Assembly (NCBI GenBank): GCA_965261735.1 | Contig: OZ253470.1 | Span: 1,824,001-1,888,000 of the forward strand | DNA: 64,000 nt | Source of the DNA: Alphaproteobacteria bacterium | GTDB taxonomy: Bacteria; Pseudomonadota; Alphaproteobacteria; SHVV01 | Direction of reading: 5' to 3' | Shown here: piece after piece, positions 56,316 to 64,000 of the stretch | Position numbering within the stretch: position 1 is the stretch's first letter | How the letters are laid out: each line of letters opens with the position of its first letter | Program-made: the position numbers and the translations under genes | The notes under the pieces: generated by a model | The model's database searches: none | What the model saw: the letters and a program-made list of their open reading frames with translations, nothing else | Told to the model about the DNA's origin: nothing

Positions 56316-58061
56316 TCAGGCGATCCCGAACCGGGCGCGCTGTTCTTCCCATGCGATTGGCAGGCGCGTGTCGCCTGCAAGCTTGTTCGCGGTCAGCTCG
56401 AGCGGATGGCGGTCCCGGAGGATGGTCTTCACGACCTCCGGCGCGAGGAAGCTGAGCCGCAGGATCCGGGTGAAGTAAGACCCACCGACGCCCGCCTCGA
56501 TGGCAAGCTCCGTCATCGTCCTGCCCCGGTTGTGCAGCACCATTTCGTGGAAGCGCTGCGCCTGGCTCAAAAGTCTGAGCAGACTGCGATCCGGGGATTT
56601 TCGTGCGCTGCCGTCCGCGCCTTCGATCAGAAGTCTGGTCTCCATTCCGGCGCGCTTAAGATGCGCCGGAACCGTGAAGGTTACGGTCAGCTCGTTGTCC
56701 CACAAAGCTGGCTCAAAGGTTTTTGGGTTGTCCTCTTCCCAAAGAATCTCCAGCAACCGGCTCGGTGCAATCCGGATTTCAAGTGTTTCCTGCGTAAGGT
56801 TGATCCGACTGACGAGACGTTCGAATATCTGGCGTTTCGTCGCCGGCTCCAGGTCCGGCCAGCGGGCGGCAAGGTCCGCGGCCAGGTCGACAACCTCCTG
56901 CCTTCTGTTCACATCATCAAAAAGCGGTTCGACAGCGTCGAAGATTTCACCCTGGCTTTTTAAGAAGACCGTAAGCCGTTCTTGTACCAACCGCTCGACA
57001 TCACTTGCCGGGACCCGTCGAGCTCTCGGCGCGGAACGCCGGATACCGCTGACCAGGGCTTGCGACACGTAATAGCGGTAGCGCGTCCCCTTCTTGTTGG
57101 CGTGGCTCGGCGTCATGCGCTGGCCGCTGTCGTCGTAAATCAACCCCGCTAGAAGGCTCGGCTCCGCGGCATGAGTGCCGGTCGCGCGGTCGATATGGTT
57201 GGCCGCCAGTTGCCGCTGCACCTCGTCCCAGAGCGCCTCGTCGACGATCGCCTCATGCTCGCCCGGATAGTGCTTGTCCTTGTGGACGATCCGGCCACGG
57301 TAGATGCGGTTCTGCAGCATCGTATAGAGCGCACCACGGGCAAGCGGGTTTCCGCCGGTCGCACGCCCGTACCTGTCGACCCGCACTTTGCTGACCACGC
57401 CATCGCGGTCAAGCTCCTCCTTGAGGGTCCAGACCGAGCCGAGCGTGGCGTATCGCCGGTAAATATGTCGGACCGTCTTGGCCTCCGCCTCGTCGATCAG
57501 AAGTTTCCGGTCCTTCACCACATAGCCGAGGGACACGTTGCCGCCCATCCACATGCCCTTCTTCTTCGAAGCCGCGATCTTGTCGCGGATGCGTTCGCCG
57601 GTGACCTCGCGCTCGAACTGGGCGAAGGAGAGCAGCATGTTGAGGGTCAACCTGCCCATCGATGTCGTGGTGTTAAACTGCTGGGTCACCGAGACGAAGG
57701 ACACGTTCCGCTTGTCGAAGATTTCCACGATCTTGGCGAAGTCACCGAGCGAGCGTGTCAGTCGATCCACCTTGTAGACGACCACAGTGTCGATCCGGTG
57801 GGCCTCGATATCCGCAAGAATCCGTTTCAGGGCGGGTCTCTCAAGGGTGCCGCCGGAGAGGCCGCCGTCATCGTACATCTCGGGCAGCGCGGTCCAGCCC
57901 TCGTGCTTCTGACTGAGGATAAAGGCTTCGCAGGATTCCCGTTGGGCATCGAGCGAGTTGAAGTCCTGCTCGAGGCCGTCCTCCGATGATTTCCGAGTGT
58001 AGATGGCGCAGCGGATTAATGCTTTGCCGTTCGTCCCCTTGCGAGTCGTGGATTTACCCAT
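56316..58061 (-). CDS. Large serine recombinase with C-terminal HTH-like extension
   Basis: AIYTRKS catalytic Ser, DGGLSG, VDRLTR, FAQFERE, recombinase domain NRIYRG. Confidence 0.94.
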   Translation of the reverse strand: MGKSTTRKGTNGKALIRCAIYTRKSSEDGLEQDFNSLDAQRESCEAFILSQKHEGWTALPEMYDDGGLSGGTLERPALKRILADIEAHRIDTVVVYKVDRLTRSLGDFAKIVEIFDKRNVSFVSVTQQFNTTTSMGRLTLNMLLSFAQFEREVTGERIRDKIAASKKKGMWMGGNVSLGYVVKDRKLLIDEAEAKTVRHIYRRYATLGSVWTLKEELDRDGVVSKVRVDRYGRATGGNPLARGALYTMLQNRIYRGRIVHKDKHYPGEHEAIVDEALWDEVQRQLAANHIDRATGTHAAEPSLLAGLIYDDSGQRMTPSHANKKGTRYRYYVSQALVSGIRRSAPRARRVPASDVERLVQERLTVFLKSQGEIFDAVEPLFDDVNRRQEVVDLAADLAARWPDLEPATKRQIFERLVSRINLTQETLEIRIAPSRLLEILWEEDNPKTFEPALWDNELTVTFTVPAHLKRAGMETRLLIEGADGSARKSPDRSLLRLLSQAQRFHEMVLHNRGRTMTELAIEAGVGGSYFTRILRLSFLAPEVVKTILRDRHPLELTANKLAGDTRLPIAWEEQRARFGIA

Positions 58062-58611
58062 CGCCCGCCTCCCCGATCGCGACGCCTGCCTCCGCTTTCC
58101 CGTTCAGACCAAAAAAACGCGGGCCGGACCAGTGAGCGTCGGTGATCTCGCGGGCGATCACCGACAGCGATCGCCATCGTTTGCCCTGCCATTCGAACCC
58201 GTCTTCGAGAACGATCACCGTGTGGGTTTGGCCGCGCCATTCACGCACCAGCCTCGCCCCGGGTTTCAGCCGTGCAACACGACGCCGGGCGAGGTCGCCG
58301 TCCTGTTCCATGGTCTTCGCCAGATCGGCGAGGCGCCGCTTGGTGGCTGCGCCAAGGCCGCCATAGGCCTGCTCCTGAATCTTCCAGGCGACACCAAGCA
58401 CGAGCAGATCGCGCGCCACCCGCTTCGGCGGATGGGCGCGGTAAAGCCGCCGCCATTCGACGCGCAATCCGTCGTAGGTCATACCCTCGAGAGCCCGAAG
58501 CCTGGCAGACACTGCGTCTTCGGAGCCCGCGTCACCTGGCGCGCCGTCTGCGCGCGTCGGGCTTTCTATGCGCGTCGGGCTTTCCATAGTGTGGATTTCC
58601 GTAACTGACAT
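58054..58611 (-). CDS. DUF2924 family protein
   Basis: EWRRLY, IQEQAYGG, LVREWRG, SLSVIAREIT..WSGPRFFGL. Confidence 0.9.
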   Translation of the reverse strand: MSVTEIHTMESPTRIESPTRADGAPGDAGSEDAVSARLRALEGMTYDGLRVEWRRLYRAHPPKRVARDLLVLGVAWKIQEQAYGGLGAATKRRLADLAKTMEQDGDLARRRVARLKPGARLVREWRGQTHTVIVLEDGFEWQGKRWRSLSVIAREITDAHWSGPRFFGLNGKAEAGVAIGEAGDG

Positions 58612-58614
58612 GGC

Positions 58615-58911
58615 TTACGCCTCGGCCGGTGCGAGCCGATAGGCCTTCCGTCCCACCGTCAATTCCAGACGAATGGCGAAGCCCGCTGACCGGAGCCGGC
58701 TCAGAGCGCCGTGGACCGAATGTTTCTGCCATCCCGTCGCATCGACAAGTTCCTCGATCGTCGCTCCGGCCGTTCGTTCGAGCCGGTCCACGATCAGGCC
58801 GAGCTTGCCGCTCGGGCGTCTGGCCGCATCCGATGTCGGAGTGCTCGTCGCGGCGCTCTTCTTCTTCGCACGGGTGCGCGGGCGCGTTTTGTTCGGGGTT
58901 CGCTTGGTCAT
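58615..58911 (-). CDS. DUF3489 family winged-HTH protein
   Basis: GATIEELVDATGWQKHSVHGALS...YRL. Confidence 0.85.
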   Translation of the reverse strand: MTKRTPNKTRPRTRAKKKSAATSTPTSDAARRPSGKLGLIVDRLERTAGATIEELVDATGWQKHSVHGALSRLRSAGFAIRLELTVGRKAYRLAPAEA

Positions 58912-59136
58912 GGGGTGGTCCTCCGTCTCCGGCCGCGCCCCCTGCGCGGCCTCCCACCACCCCAGGCCCGGTAGGGATATGACCCCGGTCCGGGCGGGCG
59001 GAGAGCGGGGCCTGTCCCGTTCCTCGACCTGACGACAGTACCGCTTCCTTGCGCGCAGCAGTCCAGTACAAAGAGCTCGTTTGGCGCGGGTTTCTCAGAG
59101 CCTGAAGTGCTGAAAACACTCCGAAAAAACAAAGCG

Positions 59137-59180
59137 GTACGCAAAGCATACCGTTGGTTCGAAGCCCACGCCCTCTGACA
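59137..59180 (+). repeat. Degenerate copy of the tRNA-Ser 3' half (att-like)
   Basis: 33/44 ungapped identity to 55972-56015, counted by hand. Confidence 0.7.
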
Positions 59181-59314
59181 CCGCCCAAGCTATTGATATA
59201 AATGGTATAAATGCCAATTCTGCGATCCTGAATCTCCGCTATTCATCAGGGGGTTACGGGCTTCGGTCAGCGCCCTGCCGAGCGTCGAGACCCGAGCGGT
59301 GCGCGGCCATCTGC

Positions 59315-59359
59315 CTCATAACCTGAAGGTCGTTGGTTCAAATCCAACCCCCGCAACCA
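59315..59359 (+). repeat. 3' half of tRNA-fMet (att-like fragment, no 5' half)
   Basis: CTCATAACCTGAAGGTCGTTGGTTCAAATCCAACCCCCGCAACCA; upstream sequence cannot form the D arm or acceptor stem. Confidence 0.9.
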
Positions 59360-59362
59360 AAT

Positions 59363-59405
59363 AATCCCCGCTATTCCACGAGGTTAGCGGGGATTTTCTT
59401 TTTTT
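59363..59405 (+). terminator. Rho-independent terminator
   Basis: AATCCCCGCTA-11 nt-TAGCGGGGATT followed by a T-run. Confidence 0.75.
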
Positions 59406-59597
59406 GGTATAGAACAGTGTTTTTCCAGGTACCACATAGGCACCGTTTTGTTTCCAAGTCGTGCGCAGCCCTGCGCAGGGTGAAAGGTAACGATTCGGTC
59501 GTGCCGTGGAGGCGGACGTGCTTCTGCGGCCGAGTAGGCGGGGGCATTGCTGCGCCCCGCCCCTCAGTTGCAGTAGGAATGCGCATTGCTGCGCACC

Positions 59598-60935
59598 TGT
59601 GCCTCCCATTTATCTCATCCGGGGTGCATCAAGAACGCCGACCGGTCCGCCGGCACTGGTGATGGCACCATCTTCGCTGTGAGGCGGGCATAGTCATCTT
59701 CGGAAACGACGCCCACATCGATCGGCAACCGGCTTGGGGGGCCTTGCCATAGTAAGACGGATTGCTGAGGTTACGGCGACCCCGACGGCGTCAGAATCAT
59801 CGCCGCAAGCCGATTATACGATAGCCGGTGCCAGTCAGGCCGCCAACCGCTGGTACCGATGATGCAGCCCGCCGACCTGTGGAAACGCCACGATCTTCCC
59901 GGCGCCAGCCGGCTGAACCGATCGCCGTTCAGGGGTATCCTTGCCTAGCGCCAGGTGCGTGCGGGATCGCTGGTAGTAGTCGATGTACGACAAGAGTATC
60001 GCCCGCAGATGCCGTTCGTTTAGAACGATCACGTGATCCAGACACTCTCGCCTGATGGACCCGATCACGCGCTCAACGTACGGCGACTGCCACGGCGATC
60101 GCGGCGCCGTCACGACCTCTTCGATGCCCATCGCCTTTATCCGCGAACGAAAGGCAATACCGTACACACGATCCCGATCTCGGATCATATACCGTGGTGC
60201 TGTCTCCCACGGAAAGGCCTCCCGGATCTGTTGCGCGACCCACGCCGCAGTCGGGTGTGCCGTGGTGCCGATGTGAACAATCCGCCGACGCTCGTGCCGC
60301 AGCACAACGAGCACGAATAGAAGACTGAACGTCGCGGTGGGTACGACGAAGAAGTCTGTCGACGCTAGGCACCCGACGTGGTTCTCGAGGAACGTCCGCC
60401 ATGTCTGCGAAGGTGGCTTTGGATGGCGCGGCATGTACTTGGACACGGCCGCCTCGGAGACCTCGAAGCCGAGCATCCTGAGCTCACCGTGGATTCGGGG
60501 AGCGCCCCACAACGGATTCTCCCGAGACATCCGGCGGATAAGCCCTCGGAATTCGCTCGACACGGGCGGTCGTCCCGGCTTCCCCCGTCGCGACTTCCGG
60601 GTCCAGAAACGTCGGAAGCCCTTTCGATGCCAGCCGATAACCGTCTTCGGCTTGACGATCACCAGGATATCCCTCCAACCCGACCACAGCCGAGACAGGA
60701 CGACCCAGAAAAGGCGATCGGCCATCCGAAGCGATGGCCTGGCTCCTTTCCGATCTAAGGCGGCAAGCTGCTGTCGCAGGGCAAGGTTCTCAAGATGCAA
60801 CGCCGCGCGGCTGAGGAAAGCCTCACGGACCATGGCAAGGACAATTCGAATGGTCGTGCACATGTCGGAGACGCTATCCGGCACAAGCCGGGAATACTAG
60901 GATTTCTGCGGCAGATAGGATTTATGGGAGCCACA
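59598..60935 (-). mobile_element. IS481-like element (integrase core DDE)
   Basis: TGT...ACA ends with IRs TGTGCCTCCCATTTATC / rc TGTGGCTCCCATAAATC; no TSD visible. Confidence 0.75.
59835..60884 (-). CDS. Integrase-core (rve) transposase
   Basis: ENLALRQQL, WGAPRIHGEL, DFF / RDRD / ER DDE, GGLHHRY. Confidence 0.9.
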   Translation of the reverse strand: MPDSVSDMCTTIRIVLAMVREAFLSRAALHLENLALRQQLAALDRKGARPSLRMADRLFWVVLSRLWSGWRDILVIVKPKTVIGWHRKGFRRFWTRKSRRGKPGRPPVSSEFRGLIRRMSRENPLWGAPRIHGELRMLGFEVSEAAVSKYMPRHPKPPSQTWRTFLENHVGCLASTDFFVVPTATFSLLFVLVVLRHERRRIVHIGTTAHPTAAWVAQQIREAFPWETAPRYMIRDRDRVYGIAFRSRIKAMGIEEVVTAPRSPWQSPYVERVIGSIRRECLDHVIVLNERHLRAILLSYIDYYQRSRTHLALGKDTPERRSVQPAGAGKIVAFPQVGGLHHRYQRLAA

Positions 60936-60936
60936 G

Positions 60937-61043
60937 GGGCTGTCCAAACGCGAGATCATGCGCTGCCTGAAGCGTTACGTGGCCCGCGAGATCTACCGCG
61001 TACTCACCGCCCCATCGAGTGCTTGACAAACATGAGAGCGTCA
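60937..61043 (+). pseudogene. IS110 family transposase C-terminal remnant and element end
   Basis: GLSKREIMRCLKRYVAREIYRVLTAPSSA* followed by CTTGACAAACATGAGAGCGTC. Confidence 0.7.
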
Positions 61044-61425
61044 GCCAAGACGAAGAACCGGCGCAAGATCGGCGATGGCCTGCCGATTGAGACAACTCTT
61101 TGGCTTGGTGGTACTCGCATAAAAATACCAAGGATGTGATCGCGTGGAAAGCAGTGGAAGCCATTCGGGCCCAAGTTCCAGACCCACAATGTGCCCACTG
61201 CGCCTTCGAACATGGACACCGGGACTAGGCCGGAACTGGTGGAATGCCCGACTTCGCTGGTCCGGGTCGTCGCTGTCATCGTCCCGGGATGTCGCCTGCC
61301 GGAGACGGCTGCGGGCATTCGGATTTTCGGTCGGATCGATTCGATGCGAGAATCGTGAAGGCACGGCGGACGACGTATCCGCATGAGTGCTTGCACATGG
61401 TGCGACGCTCGGCCACAACGGGGCG

Positions 61426-64000
61426 ATGACGGGAACGAACAAGAAACTGACAGCGGCAGTGGAGGCTTACTGTGCCGATCTTGGACGGGTGCGTGCCTCT
61501 GGCGGCGCGACCGGCGAACGGTCGAACTACGGGCCGCTCGCCAACCTGCTGAACGCCATCGGCGCGGCGCTCAAGCCGAAGGTATTCTGCGTCGGCGAAC
61601 TGGCAAACCAGGGCGCGGGCCATCCAGACTTCGGCCTGTATGCGGCGAAGCAGGTGCAGCGGGGTCGGCCTCGCGAAGGCCAGATACCGGAACGCGGCGT
61701 GGTCGAGGTGAAGGCGGCGGACGACGATGCCTGGCTCACGGCGGCGGGCGATCAGGTCAGCCGCTACTGGGGCCGCTACCGGCTGGTGCTCGTGACCAAC
61801 CTGCGCGACTTCGTGCTGGTCGGCGAGGACGCGGCGGGCCGCCCGGCGAAGCTTGAGACCTTCCGGCTGGCAGACAGCGCGGACGACTTCTGGCGCAAGG
61901 TGGAGAAGCCGCGCGCGTTGGCCAACGCGGCCGGTGCTGGTCTCGGCGAATATCTCGCCCGCGCCCTGTCGCACCGCGCCGCACTCTCCGAGCCGAAGGA
62001 TCTGGCTTGGCTGCTAGCATCATACGCGCGGGACGGGCTCGCGCGGGTCGAGGCGGCGGGTGATGCACCGGCACTTGCAGCGGTGCGTGGGGCGCTGGAG
62101 GACGCGCTCGGCGTCCGCTTCGAGGGCGCGCGCGGCGCACGCTTCTTCCATTCGACGCTGGTGCAGACGTTGTTCTACGGAATCTTCTCCGCGTGGGTCC
62201 TGTGGGCGCGGCAGAGTTCGACTCCGATCGGCGGGTTCGATTGGCGCACAGCGGTTTGGCACTTGCGAGCGCCGGTGCTCGCGGCCTTGTTCCAGCAATT
62301 ATCGCAGCCGGGACGGCTGCAACCGCTCGGTCTGGTCGAAGTGCTGGATTGGACCGCTTCCGCGCTCGACCGGGTGGACCGGGATGCTTTTTTCTCGCGC
62401 TTCAACGAAGGCGAGGCAGTTCCGTACTTCTACGAGCCGTTCCTCAAATCCTTCGATCCCGCGCTGCGCAAGCAACTCGGCGTTTGGTACACGCCGACGG
62501 AAGTGGTCCGCTACATGGTTGCCCGGGTTGACAAGTCGCTGAAGGACGATCTCGGTATCCCGGAGGGGCTGGCAGCGGAGAATGTTTATGTGCTCGATCC
62601 TTGCTGCGGCACTGGGGCTTATCTCGCAGAAGTGCTGCGCCGCATCGCGGCCAATCTGGAAGGACAGGGTCTCGGCGCACTTGCTGGCGCGCGGGTGAAA
62701 CAGGCGGCGACCGAACGCGTGTTCGGTTTCGAGATCATGCCCGCACCCTTCGTCGTCTCCCACTTGCAGATCGGGCTCACGATGCAGGACCTAGACGCGC
62801 CGCTCGCCGACGATGGGACCGAGCGGGCCGGCGTGTTCCTGACCAACGCCCTAACCGGCTGGGAGCCGCACACGACCAAGCCGTTGCCGTTCCCCGAGCT
62901 GGAGGAAGAGCGCGACCGCGCCGAGCGGGTAAAGCAGGAAAGGCCGATCCTCGTGATCCTCGGCAACCCGCCCTATAACGGCTTCGCAGGAATGGCGGTG
63001 GACGAGGAGCGGGAACTGTCGGAAGCATACCGCTCCACGAATCGGGTGCGGCGGCCCGAGGGCCAGGGGTTGAACGACCTCTACGTTCGCTTCTTCCGCA
63101 TGGCAGAAAGGCGTATTATCGAAAAGACTGGCCACGGCGTGGTCTGCTTCATCTCCAACTATTCCTGGCTCGACGGCCTTTCCTTCACGGGGATGCGGGA
63201 GCGGTATCTCGATGCGTTCGACGCGATTCGCATCGACTGCCTGAACGGCGACAAATACAAGACTGGCAAGGTCGCTCCGGATGGCACACCCGATCCCAGT
63301 ATCTTCTCGACGGAGGGCGATCCGGTGGGAATCCAGGTCGGGACTGCGGTCGCGACGCTGGTGCGTAAGGCGGAGCACAAGCCCGCAGACGGGGTGGATT
63401 TCCGGCACCTCTGGGGCCAAGCGAAGCCAACGGAACTGATTGCGACGGCGGAAACGGAACCGGACGCGCTCTACTCACCGATCGAACCCGTCCTGCCTCT
63501 CGGCCTTCCTTTCACGCATACGGCGGCAAGCGTTGGCTGGTTTGATTGGCCTTCTTTGCCCGAGCTGTTTCCGGCGTCGTTTCCGGGAGTAAAGACGAGC
63601 CGCGACGGGTTCCTCGTCGATACCGATCTCGACCGGCTCCGGGCGCGAATCGCGGACTACTTTGACCCCGGTCTGAGCCATGAGGACATCGCCCGATGCT
63701 ATCCGGTGGTCATGAAGACGACAGCGAGGTTCGACGCTCGCGCCGTGCGCGACGCGCTGCTGAAACGCGGTGGACCGAACGAGGCCGGTTTTGTTCCCTT
63801 CGCGTATCGGCCCTTCGACAACCGTTGGCTCTATTGGGAGAAGGACACAAAGCTGCTCGACGAGAAGCGGGCCGACTACAGGCCGCATGTGTTCGAGAGC
63901 AATCTGTGGCTTGGGTCCAGCAAGCGGGAGATTCAGGCCAATTTCACACACGGCACCTTGGTTCATGACCTTGCGAATTGGAAGTATGGTTTCTGGGGAG
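61426..64000 (+). CDS. Single-chain restriction-modification enzyme (Type IIG/ISP-like, N6-adenine MTase); truncated by the window edge and absent from the ORF track
   Basis: Open from ATG 61426 to the edge: HPDF...VEVK nuclease, GVWYTP, VLDPCCGTG, GNPPY, YRPFD. Confidence 0.92.
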   Translation, partial: MTGTNKKLTAAVEAYCADLGRVRASGGATGERSNYGPLANLLNAIGAALKPKVFCVGELANQGAGHPDFGLYAAKQVQRGRPREGQIPERGVVEVKAADDDAWLTAAGDQVSRYWGRYRLVLVTNLRDFVLVGEDAAGRPAKLETFRLADSADDFWRKVEKPRALANAAGAGLGEYLARALSHRAALSEPKDLAWLLASYARDGLARVEAAGDAPALAAVRGALEDALGVRFEGARGARFFHSTLVQTLFYGIFSAWVLWARQSSTPIGGFDWRTAVWHLRAPVLAALFQQLSQPGRLQPLGLVEVLDWTASALDRVDRDAFFSRFNEGEAVPYFYEPFLKSFDPALRKQLGVWYTPTEVVRYMVARVDKSLKDDLGIPEGLAAENVYVLDPCCGTGAYLAEVLRRIAANLEGQGLGALAGARVKQAATERVFGFEIMPAPFVVSHLQIGLTMQDLDAPLADDGTERAGVFLTNALTGWEPHTTKPLPFPELEEERDRAERVKQERPILVILGNPPYNGFAGMAVDEERELSEAYRSTNRVRRPEGQGLNDLYVRFFRMAERRIIEKTGHGVVCFISNYSWLDGLSFTGMRERYLDAFDAIRIDCLNGDKYKTGKVAPDGTPDPSIFSTEGDPVGIQVGTAVATLVRKAEHKPADGVDFRHLWGQAKPTELIATAETEPDALYSPIEPVLPLGLPFTHTAASVGWFDWPSLPELFPASFPGVKTSRDGFLVDTDLDRLRARIADYFDPGLSHEDIARCYPVVMKTTARFDARAVRDALLKRGGPNEAGFVPFAYRPFDNRWLYWEKDTKLLDEKRADYRPHVFESNLWLGSSKREIQANFTHGTLVHDLANWKYGFWG

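Larger units (their letters stand above)
56016..59180. mobile_element. tRNA-Ser-anchored integrative unit (DUF3489-DUF2924-serine recombinase)
   Basis: Starts at the tRNA 3' end, ends at a degenerate copy of that 3' end, and encodes a recombinase. Confidence 0.65.

Noticed and set aside
58552-58584. 18-bp-period tandem duplication at the DUF2924 N-terminus (ESPTR twice)
   Set aside because: Two copies in a variable tail; likely slippage.
59270-59359. Full tRNA-Met gene
   Set aside because: The 5' half is absent; recorded as a fragment.

Overview
GC-rich alphaproteobacterial chromosome segment (Rhodospirillales-like gene order; taxonomy is inference). Bases 1-39.4 kb and 44.1-50 kb are mostly core genes: the AmmeMemoRadiSam trio, an M23 peptidase, a class III cyclase, clpB, prmC-prfA-hisS-ispG-rodZ, lysC, ubiG, comF, mutT, argJ, secA, xerD, aroKB, bolA, a J-domain gene with cobST, and rplU-rpmA-obgE-proB-proA-nadD-rsfS-rlmH. 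The accessory parts are: (i) a Rieske oxygenase missing its first Fe-S ligand box; (ii) an orphan heme-oxygenase-like diiron enzyme beside a REP-like repeat; (iii) a 4.5 kb insert between cobT and rlmH in which two genes, each broken by an IS (IS1595, IS256), are bracketed by three clusters of a 25-bp GTCTGC-N13-GCRGAC palindrome with ~46-bp periodicity, which is my best candidate for an undescribed cassette-like system; (iv) an ATPase-less Liv-type transporter/PhyH/SDR/GST cluster; (v) an island starting at tRNA-Ser(CGA) with a DUF3489-DUF2924-large serine recombinase unit, a degenerate tRNA-Ser 3' copy, an orphan tRNA-fMet 3' half, IS481-like and IS110 pieces and a single-chain restriction-modification gene running off the window. 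All calls were made by eye from motifs; no database searches were run.
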